From an uncultured Chloroflexia bacterium (GTDB lineage Bacteria; Chloroflexota; Limnocylindria; Limnocylindrales; CSP1-4): a DNA stretch of 64,000 nucleotides. Under the pieces are notes generated by a model that saw nothing but the letters and a program-made list of their open reading frames with translations, did no database searches and was not told where the DNA came from. Location: the NCBI GenBank assembly GCA_963707215.1, contig CAVPPB010000001.1, forward strand, positions 768,001 through 832,000. The letters are read 5' to 3'. Below are positions 57,006 to 64,000 of this stretch, piece after piece; the stretch's first letter is position 1; each line of letters begins with the position of its first letter. The position numbers and the translations under genes are program-made.

Positions 57006-58489
57006 GTGTGCTGGGCTCGGTGGACACAGGCCTGCCGCCGCCGGTCCGCCAGCCACCCGGCCCGGATTCCCGCGATGTCGTCGAATGGCGCGACGACGGG
57101 AGCTACCGCGCGTCGGTGGCGATCCGTGTCCGGCCGACCCCCCGACTTCCCGGAGATGTGGACCTCATCGTCGTCCAGGCGATCGGTCTCGACTCGCCGC
57201 AAGCGTACGACCCGGCGGGTGGCACAGGGTCGCTGCCCGCGAGCGCCTCTTCGGGTGACGTCTACAACCTCGAAGTGCTCGGCAAGGACGGACACGGGGT
57301 CATGGCCATCGGACCGACCGGCCCGAGCGCCCACGGCAGACGCCACTCGCCGGCACTCCTGGAACTGATGGAGGAAGGCCGAGCCGACACCATCATCGAC
57401 CCGGGCGACGCCGCCATCGGACTCGAACCGCATGTCATGGCTGCCGTGCCGATCCGCTCGACCCCCTTCTACCTCGTGCTGGAGCAACCGGTCGACGTCG
57501 CGCTCGCGCTTCCGAACCAGCTCCGGGAGCGGCTGTTCGCCCTCATCGCTGTCGGGATCGTCGTCACGCTCATCGTCGCCTGGCTCACCACTCGCCACGT
57601 CGTTCGGCCGACCGTGGCCCTTACGGCCGCCGCCGGCCGCATCGCCGCCGGCGATCTGGCGAGCCCGATCACGGTCACCGCCGAGGATGAGGTCGGGGCG
57701 CTGGCCGAGAGCCTGGAGCTGATGCGGATGAGACTCGAGGCCACCCACAGCGAGCTGGCGGCCGTCAACGAGGGGCTCGAGCGCCGGGTGGCCGAGCGGA
57801 CCGAGCGCCTGGGGCAGGTCCTGCGGCGGACGATCCGCGCCCAGGAGGACGAGCGGTATGCGCTCGCCCGCGAGCTCCACGACGAGACGGCTCAGACCCT
57901 GGCGGCCCTGTCGGTCGCCCTCGACCGGGCCAGGGACGACCTGTCGGGCGGATCGGCAGACACCCAGGTGCACATCCGGCAGGCGAAGGAGATCTCGGCC
58001 CGCCTGCTCGCCGAGACGCGCCGGATGATCCTCGGGCTCCGCCCGGCGGTCCTCGACGACCTCGGGCTCGTGCCGGCCATCCGCTGGCACGCCGAGACGA
58101 CGTTCCACGGGACCGGGGTCGAGTGGAGCGTCCATGCGAGCGGTGGCCAGGGGCGCCTGCCCGGGCACCTCGAGATCGCCCTGTTCCGGATCGCCCAGGA
58201 GGCCATCAACAACGTCGCCAAGCACGCGGCCGCCCGAACGGTCGCCATCGAGGTGGACCGGTCGCCGGACCGGGTCCAGCTCACGGTCGCGGACGATGGC
58301 GTCGGGTTCGATCTCGCTGAGGTCATGATGGCCGGCCCGGTCCCGGGCACCCCACCGCGCAGCGTCGGGCTCATGGGCATGCACGAGCGGGTCGCGCTGC
58401 TCGCCGGCCGGCTCGTGATCGACGCGCAGCCGGGTTCCGGGACCCGGGTCCTCGTCCACGTGCCGATCGCCGAGGAGGCCGCGCCATGA
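57005..58489 (+). CDS. NarX-type (HisKA_3) HAMP sensor histidine kinase, apparently 5'-truncated
   Basis: One TM helix, a HAMP domain, ERYALARELHDE, QEAINNVAKHA, DDGVGF and GLMGMHER. Confidence 0.85.
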   Translation, partial: GVLGSVDTGLPPPVRQPPGPDSRDVVEWRDDGSYRASVAIRVRPTPRLPGDVDLIVVQAIGLDSPQAYDPAGGTGSLPASASSGDVYNLEVLGKDGHGVMAIGPTGPSAHGRRHSPALLELMEEGRADTIIDPGDAAIGLEPHVMAAVPIRSTPFYLVLEQPVDVALALPNQLRERLFALIAVGIVVTLIVAWLTTRHVVRPTVALTAAAGRIAAGDLASPITVTAEDEVGALAESLELMRMRLEATHSELAAVNEGLERRVAERTERLGQVLRRTIRAQEDERYALARELHDETAQTLAALSVALDRARDDLSGGSADTQVHIRQAKEISARLLAETRRMILGLRPAVLDDLGLVPAIRWHAETTFHGTGVEWSVHASGGQGRLPGHLEIALFRIAQEAINNVAKHAAARTVAIEVDRSPDRVQLTVADDGVGFDLAEVMMAGPVPGTPPRSVGLMGMHERVALLAGRLVIDAQPGSGTRVLVHVPIAEEAAP

Positions 58490-59139
58490 CGCCGACGAGG
58501 ATCGTGATCGTGGACGACCACACGCTGATCCGCCAGGGGATCGCCGGCCTGCTCGACAGCCAGCCTGACCTGGAGATCGTCGGCGAGGCCGGCGACGGTC
58601 GGACGGGGATCGGACTCATCGCGGAGCTGCGTCCGGACGTGGCCCTGCTCGACGTGGCGATGCCCGGGATCAGCGGCCTCGACGCGGCTCGCGAGCTGCA
58701 GGAGCGCTGCCCCGAGGTCGGGGTGCTGATGCTCACGATCCACGATCGCGAGGACTACCTGTTCGAGGCGCTCCGTGCCGGGGCCGCCGGCTACGTCCTG
58801 AAAGGCGCCGACACCACGGAGCTCCTGGCCGCGATCCGGAGCGTCAGTGTCGGGGGCGTCTACCTGCAGCCGGCCGCCGCCAGGTCGCTCATGGCCGATG
58901 TCCTGGCCCGCGCCGAGCGCGGCGACGACCGGGACCGGTATGGTGGCCTGACCGACCGGGAGCGCGAGATCGTCCGCCTCATCGCCCAGGGTCAGACGAC
59001 GCGCGAGATCGCCGATTCGCTCCACCTGAGCCCCCACACCGTCCAGTCGCATCGCGACCGGATCATGGCCAAGCTCGATCTGCACTCGAAGGCCGCCCTG
59101 GTCCGCTTCGCGATCGCACGGGGACTCATCGAGCCATAG
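58486..59139 (+). CDS. NarL/LuxR-family response regulator
   Basis: VDDH, LLDVAMP and LTDREREIVRLIAQG HTH. Confidence 0.95.
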   Translation: MTPTRIVIVDDHTLIRQGIAGLLDSQPDLEIVGEAGDGRTGIGLIAELRPDVALLDVAMPGISGLDAARELQERCPEVGVLMLTIHDREDYLFEALRAGAAGYVLKGADTTELLAAIRSVSVGGVYLQPAAARSLMADVLARAERGDDRDRYGGLTDREREIVRLIAQGQTTREIADSLHLSPHTVQSHRDRIMAKLDLHSKAALVRFAIARGLIEP

Positions 59140-59264
59140 GGCCTCGCGGCGACGGGTGAGCGGCCTGCTCGTGCGGGCATTCGCCCCACCCCGGTATCCC
59201 GTGGATCGCCCCGTGACCACTGGTCCGAGGCGGCGCCAGACTGGGAGGGAACGGAGGTACCGAG

Positions 59265-59516
59265 ATGTCAAGGAACGTGACGATCGACATCGAGTCGATC
59301 GAGGGCGCCATCCGCCGCTACCGTCTGTCGTGCGTCCACGGCGCATCGGCCGCTGCGACGCTCCTGAGCGGCCCGGCAGCCTCGGACGACGTGGTCGTCG
59401 ACATCCTGTTCGCCCGGCATCGAACGGCCCACGATTGTACCTGCGCCTGGCCGGTCGCCGCCGCGAACGGCACGTTCGCCGGGGCCACCCCGGCCCCCCA
59501 CGAGATGTCGGCATGA
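59265..59516 (+). CDS. Small Cys/His-containing hypothetical protein
   Basis: GGAGG RBS, CVH..HRTAHDCTC, and an ATGA overlap with the cupredoxin gene. Confidence 0.6.
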   Translation: MSRNVTIDIESIEGAIRRYRLSCVHGASAAATLLSGPAASDDVVVDILFARHRTAHDCTCAWPVAAANGTFAGATPAPHEMSA

Positions 59517-60112
59517 CCATCTTCGGCCCACCCCATGCCCCGCTGGGACGGATCGCGACCCTCGGAGCCGCGGTGATGCTCATCGCGTCCGCGTGCTCGA
59601 CCGCCACCGGGCCCGATGCGTCGCCGTCGGCTGCCGGTCAGGCTCCGAGCCCGACGCCGACCGCCACGCCCGCTCCGACGCCCACACCGGCTCCCACCCC
59701 CACGCCGACGCCGACGCCGACCCCGGAGCCGACCATCCGCCCGGGGACGGCCGAGGCCCCGCGGGCGATCCTCGTCAACATGACCGACGAGCTCCGCTAC
59801 GACCCGGCCGTGATCGAGGTCCAAGCCGGCGAGACGATCCAGTTCGTCGTCCAGAACCCGACCAAGGTCGACCACGACTTCACCGTCGGGGACGAGATGG
59901 CCCAGATGCACCACGAAGAGGAGATGGCCCACTTCTTCGAGGAAGGCGGGATGATGGACGGGCACGACGAACCCAATGCGGTCCTCGTGCGACCCGGCGA
60001 AACGAAGATGCTCGTCATGACCTTCGATGCGCCCGGCGAGCTTCTCATCGGCTGCCACATCCCGGGCCACTACGACGCGGGCATGAAGGGAGCGATCACG
60101 GTCACCGGCTGA
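59513..60112 (+). CDS. Cupredoxin (CopI/plastocyanin-like) lipoprotein
   Basis: Lipobox-like IASAC, Pro/Thr linker, HDF and CHIPGHYDAGM type-1 Cu ligands, and a His/Met-rich loop. Confidence 0.88.
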   Translation: MTIFGPPHAPLGRIATLGAAVMLIASACSTATGPDASPSAAGQAPSPTPTATPAPTPTPAPTPTPTPTPTPEPTIRPGTAEAPRAILVNMTDELRYDPAVIEVQAGETIQFVVQNPTKVDHDFTVGDEMAQMHHEEEMAHFFEEGGMMDGHDEPNAVLVRPGETKMLVMTFDAPGELLIGCHIPGHYDAGMKGAITVTG

Positions 60113-60295
60113 CGCGATCACCCCGCGTCCCACCGACGCCCGACACGCCAGCAGCTGCGCGTCGGGCGTCGGGCCGCGTCAGCACGAGTCGCCCCGCAAC
60201 GGGCCGACCGGCCCTAGCCCGCCGCGACGGATCCGACCGACCATGCCGGTCTCCCGGCGGCTGACGCCGGCAGGCCACCAGAAGGAGACGTCCCC

Positions 60296-61438
60296 ATGGC
60301 CGATCTCTCGACCACCTTCACCGGGCTCCGCTTCACGAACCCGTTCATGCTCGCCTCGGCCCCACCGACCGAGTCGGAGAGCAACATCATGCGGGCCTAC
60401 GAGGCAGGGTGGGGTGGCGTCGTCACCAAGACGATCGGCCTCCACCCGGTGCACAACGTCCGCGGCCCCAAGACGAAGTTCCTGCGGGTCGACGACGGCG
60501 GCAACCGCCTCTCGATGGCCAAGCGCCCGGATTCGACGCTCGTCGCGTCGTGGAACTGGGAGCTCATCTCCGACAAGCCGCTCGACTGGTGGCTTCCGCG
60601 CCTGGCCCGGATCAAGGAGGCCTGGCCGGACCGGATCCTGGTCGCCTCGATCATGGCCGGCTCGGGCAACGACAAGGAGCTCAACGCCTGGCAGACGCTC
60701 GCTGATGGCGTCCAGGATGCCGGGGTCGACGCCATCGAGCTCAACTTCTCGTGCCCCCACATGGACCGCGTCGACATGGGTTCGAACGTGGGCAAGGATC
60801 CGGTCCTCTGCTCGGTCTCGACGCAGGCGGTGAAGGCGGCCGCCAGGGTCCCGGTGTGGGTCAAGCTCACCCCGGCCGGCGCCGACATCGTCGAGGAGGC
60901 GGCCGCGACCTTCCGGGGTGGTGCCGACGCGATCTCGTCGTCGAACACCTGGCCGTCCCTGCCGCCGGTCGATCCCCAGACGCTCGACTTCGAGGTCAAC
61001 GTCGACGGCTACGTCTCGCCCGGCGGCCTTGGTGGTCCGGCGATCCTCCCGCTGTCATTGGCCAAGATGGCCCAGATGACCCAGGCCTTCCCGGACCGCG
61101 AGTTCTCCGGCATCGGCGGGATCTCGACCTTCGATCACGCCCTGGCCTACTTCCTGCTCGGCTGCGGGACGGTCCAGGTCGCCACGGCGGCGATGCTCGA
61201 TCACGCGATCGGGCCCAACGTGATCCGCGACCTCACGACGGGGATGACCGAGTTCCTCGAGCGGCATGCCGACGACGGCTGGAACTCGCTTGCCGATTTC
61301 CGCGGCCTGCGACGCGGCCGGATCGTGCCCCATGCGGACATCGCCCGGCCCGACTCGGCCGACTACCGCGGCGGCTACGAGGAGGAGGCCGAGGGCTACG
61401 CCAGCCCGACCGACGAGCCCGAGCCGATCGGGCGGTAG
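60296..61438 (+). CDS. preA: Dihydropyrimidine dehydrogenase FMN subunit (PreA-like, no Fe-S tail)
   Basis: NPFMLASAPP, GWGGVVTKT, NWELISD, NFSCPH, VKLTP and SGIGGI. Confidence 0.85.
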   Translation: MADLSTTFTGLRFTNPFMLASAPPTESESNIMRAYEAGWGGVVTKTIGLHPVHNVRGPKTKFLRVDDGGNRLSMAKRPDSTLVASWNWELISDKPLDWWLPRLARIKEAWPDRILVASIMAGSGNDKELNAWQTLADGVQDAGVDAIELNFSCPHMDRVDMGSNVGKDPVLCSVSTQAVKAAARVPVWVKLTPAGADIVEEAAATFRGGADAISSSNTWPSLPPVDPQTLDFEVNVDGYVSPGGLGGPAILPLSLAKMAQMTQAFPDREFSGIGGISTFDHALAYFLLGCGTVQVATAAMLDHAIGPNVIRDLTTGMTEFLERHADDGWNSLADFRGLRRGRIVPHADIARPDSADYRGGYEEEAEGYASPTDEPEPIGR

Positions 61439-61545
61439 CCCCGGGCGCGGGGCCGCCTGGGACCGGCGACGCGGGCCGGAGTCACGCCGTTCGGCACTCG
61501 CCCCGGCGGCCTCGGTGCTGTTCCATGTGGGCAGGAGGTCGGACC

Positions 61546-61866
61546 ATGACCCAGGCAACGCCCGCACCCGATCCGCTGCCGGAGCCGGAGGAGCCCCTCG
61601 ACGAGGGCCTCATCGCCGGCCGCCCGGTCGAGGATCGGAGCTTCGAGATGGTCGAGACCGGGGTCGGGATCGCGCTCGGCGTCGCCGCCGGCATCGCCGC
61701 CGGCACGGCCCTCGCCGGGGCGCCCGGGACCGTGATCGGCGGGATCTTCGGGGCTATCGTCGGCGCGGTCATCGGCTTCGGCGCCGGCGAGGCGCTCGAG
61801 CAGGCCGAAGGGCTCGCCGCGAGGACCACGGACGCGACCACTCCGCACCCGGGCCCGCAGCACTGA
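61546..61866 (+). CDS. Small glycine-zipper membrane protein
   Basis: AGGAGG RBS and a GxxxG-rich hydrophobic hairpin. Confidence 0.65.
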   Translation: MTQATPAPDPLPEPEEPLDEGLIAGRPVEDRSFEMVETGVGIALGVAAGIAAGTALAGAPGTVIGGIFGAIVGAVIGFGAGEALEQAEGLAARTTDATTPHPGPQH

Positions 61867-61924
61867 GCGCGTCCCGCGCCCTCCAGCGGGCCAGGGAGGG
61901 ACCCGTCCGCGGGCGCTCCGCAGC

Positions 61925-62641
61925 CTAGCCGCCCTCTCCCGGGGAGGCCGACGGAGCCGCGCTCGGCGGATGCTGGGCGACCTCGATGTCGTGGCAGAGC
62001 ACGCAGGTCGAGTCCGGCCGCAGGGCATGGTCGATGGGCAGGCCGCCCATCTGTGACGACTGGTGGCAGGACCGGCAGTCCGTCGTGATGCTGTGGACGT
62101 GCGGTACTTCGGGCGGCGGGTAGGCCGTCGGCTTGTGGCAGAGCCAGCACTCGTTCTCGTTCCGGCTGACCATGCTCGTCGGCAGGTGGGCGTAGCTGCC
62201 GTGGCAGTCGAGGCAGAGCTGGTCCTGGAGCTCCGAGTGGGGCTGGGTGATGGCCGGTCCCTCGACGGCGACCTGGTGGCAGTTGAGGCACTCGTCCTCG
62301 GGGATGCCATCGTGGCCGGGTGCCGTTCGACCGAGGTCGGCCTCCACGTGACATGCGCCGCAGGCCCGCCAGCCCTCGATCGGATGGCCGAGGGCCGGGA
62401 TGGGCTTCAGACCGCCCTCGCCGCCCGAGTCGTGGCAGAGAAGACAGCTGTTGGTCGTGGGGATGTGGGCCAGGCCCATCGGGATCGTGTCGGACGAGGC
62501 CGAGGGCGTTGGCTCGAGCTGGGCCGGCACCCCGGGCGTCGAGCCGAACGAGCTGATCACCACGATGGCCAGCAGCGCCACGACGACGACGATGTTGGCG
62601 GCCAGGAGCAGCCGGATCCCGCGGTCGACGGTGGCCCTCAT
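61925..62641 (-). CDS. Membrane-anchored multiheme cytochrome c (7 CxxCH)
   Basis: CLLCH, CGACH, CLNCH, CLDCH, CWLCH, CRSCH and CVLCH after an N-terminal TM helix. Confidence 0.9.
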   Translation of the reverse strand: MRATVDRGIRLLLAANIVVVVALLAIVVISSFGSTPGVPAQLEPTPSASSDTIPMGLAHIPTTNSCLLCHDSGGEGGLKPIPALGHPIEGWRACGACHVEADLGRTAPGHDGIPEDECLNCHQVAVEGPAITQPHSELQDQLCLDCHGSYAHLPTSMVSRNENECWLCHKPTAYPPPEVPHVHSITTDCRSCHQSSQMGGLPIDHALRPDSTCVLCHDIEVAQHPPSAAPSASPGEGG

Positions 62642-63456
62642 GACGTCCGTCCCTCCGCGTGCCCGTCGTCCGGTCCGACCTCCAGGTCCGCGACGTCGGG
62701 GCCGCCGTCACGAGCGTCGGCGATCTCGTCGCGGTCCACGTACTTGTAGCCGCTGAAGATGCTCGACATGAGGCCGTTGCGCTCGATGTGGTCGATGAGC
62801 ACGCAGCTGTAGACGTGGAACAGGGCGATGGCGAGGATGGCCCACATGGCGGCGTGGTGGATGAAGCGGATCAGTTGCGCCCCCAGCAGCTCCCGCAGCC
62901 ACCAGAAGCCGGAGGCCCCTGGTTCGGCCCCGATCAGGCCGTCCAGGGCGAAGCCGGTCACCGTCTCGACGAGGAGCAGGACCCAGAGCAGCACGTAGGC
63001 CGAGGCCGCCAGCTGGTTGTGCCCCAGGACCTTGGGATGGCGGGCGGTCAGGAACGCGTAGAAGGCGGCCTGGCGGAACAGCTCGGTGAACTGGGTCCAC
63101 GATGTCGGGATGAAGGCCGACCAGCGGGCGAACCGGTTGCCGGCGATGAGCCCCCAGATCCGGAGGACCCCGGACAGCAGGAGGGTGAACGCGGCGATCA
63201 TGTGGATCAGCCGGATGGTCCCCATGACCGAGCCGCCGGGCGGGATCAGGAAGGGATCGGCGATGTAGCCGCCGGTCAGGCTGAGCACGACGATGCAGCC
63301 GGCCGTGATCCAGTGGCTCGCCCGGACCGGGATCTCCCAGACGTACAGCCGGAGCCGGCCGAGCGGCAGATCGGAGGCGACCCGGGCGGACGCCTCGGCT
63401 GCGGGGTCGGCGCCCGACGCGCGCTGACCGTCGAGGGGCTCGGTGATGGCGGTCAT
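62638..63456 (-). CDS. cybH: Ni/Fe-hydrogenase b-type cytochrome subunit
   Basis: YVWEIPVRASHW, RLIHM, GHNQLA, RFIHH and HVY..SSIFSGYK. Confidence 0.9.
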   Translation of the reverse strand: MTAITEPLDGQRASGADPAAEASARVASDLPLGRLRLYVWEIPVRASHWITAGCIVVLSLTGGYIADPFLIPPGGSVMGTIRLIHMIAAFTLLLSGVLRIWGLIAGNRFARWSAFIPTSWTQFTELFRQAAFYAFLTARHPKVLGHNQLAASAYVLLWVLLLVETVTGFALDGLIGAEPGASGFWWLRELLGAQLIRFIHHAAMWAILAIALFHVYSCVLIDHIERNGLMSSIFSGYKYVDRDEIADARDGGPDVADLEVGPDDGHAEGRTS

Positions 63457-64000
63457 CGGGCGCCTCCGTTCCTGATCCGGATCTCGATGGGAGAGGGAAC
63501 ATCGGGGCCGGCCAGGTGGGTCGCACAGGCCGTGCAGGGGGCGAAGGAGTGGACGGTCCGGAGGACCTCGAGCGGCCGGGCGAGGTCGGCGACCGGCGTT
63601 CCCACGAGCGCCTCCTCGAGCGGGCCTCGCCAGCCATGGGCATCGCGGGGCGAGGCGTTCCAGGTGGTCGCGTCGACGACCTGGTAGTCCACGATCTTCT
63701 GGTCGCGCACGCTGACCCAGTGCCCGACGGTCCCACGGGGTGCTTCTCCGAGCGACCAGCCCTGAGCCTCGGATCGGCCAGATCCCGGGATCCCAGGCCG
63801 TGATGTCGGCGACGGCGAGGTCGCCGCCGGCCAGGCGATCGCGGAGCTCGCTCAGCCAGTCAGGCAGTCGGTCCACGACGACCTGGGCCTCGATCGCCCG
63901 GGCGGCGATCCGGCCGAGGGTGCCGGTGAGAGCGTCCGGACCGAGGCCGAGTCGCCGGACGTGATCCGCCACGGCGGCCCTGACCAGGGGGACCCCGGCG
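63453..64000 (-). CDS. [NiFe]-hydrogenase large subunit, C-terminal part (runs off the window; frameshift)
   Basis: GTLGRIAAR, EAPRGTVGHW, TTWNASPRD, GPLEEALVG and RTVHSFAPCTACATH, followed by a C-terminal extension. Confidence 0.9.

Noticed and set aside
59640-59735. Repetitive CCGACG-rich DNA
   Set aside because: It encodes an ordinary Pro/Thr lipoprotein linker.

Overview
Very GC-rich bacterial DNA. The gene content resembles Chloroflexota or Actinomycetota, which is an inference only. Single-base frameshifts are frequent, even in housekeeping genes such as nifJ, so they most likely reflect an unpolished long-read assembly. The first 15 kb hold a tightly coupled minus-strand eight-gene operon: a TerY-P-type triad (vWA, PP2C phosphatase, Ser/Thr kinase), an UPF1/DNA2-like SF1 helicase, a wHTH/helical effector, a coiled-coil McrB-like AAA+ NTPase, a DUF2357/McrC-like Zn-finger protein and an extra unknown protein. 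This looks like a CoCoNuT-like type IV restriction/defence island, and it abuts a 5'-truncated SNF2-SWIM helicase gene. Next come an AdnB/AddA-like helicase-nuclease, a BrnT toxin without a recognisable BrnA, a NERD helicase, an RNase H-like protein and a MerR-vWA operon. The remainder is metabolic and regulatory: glycosyltransferases, nifJ plus a DHOD-like gene, an AAA adenylate cyclase, panB plus an unknown partner, gluconokinase, TetR/hydrolase, a two-component system, a cupredoxin, preA, and the 3' end of a [NiFe]-hydrogenase operon with a 7-heme cytochrome. A dispersed 31-bp motif occurs three times, once in-frame inside the helicase gene and twice near 17-bp tandem arrays. I found no rRNA, tRNA, CRISPR array, integrase or transposase.
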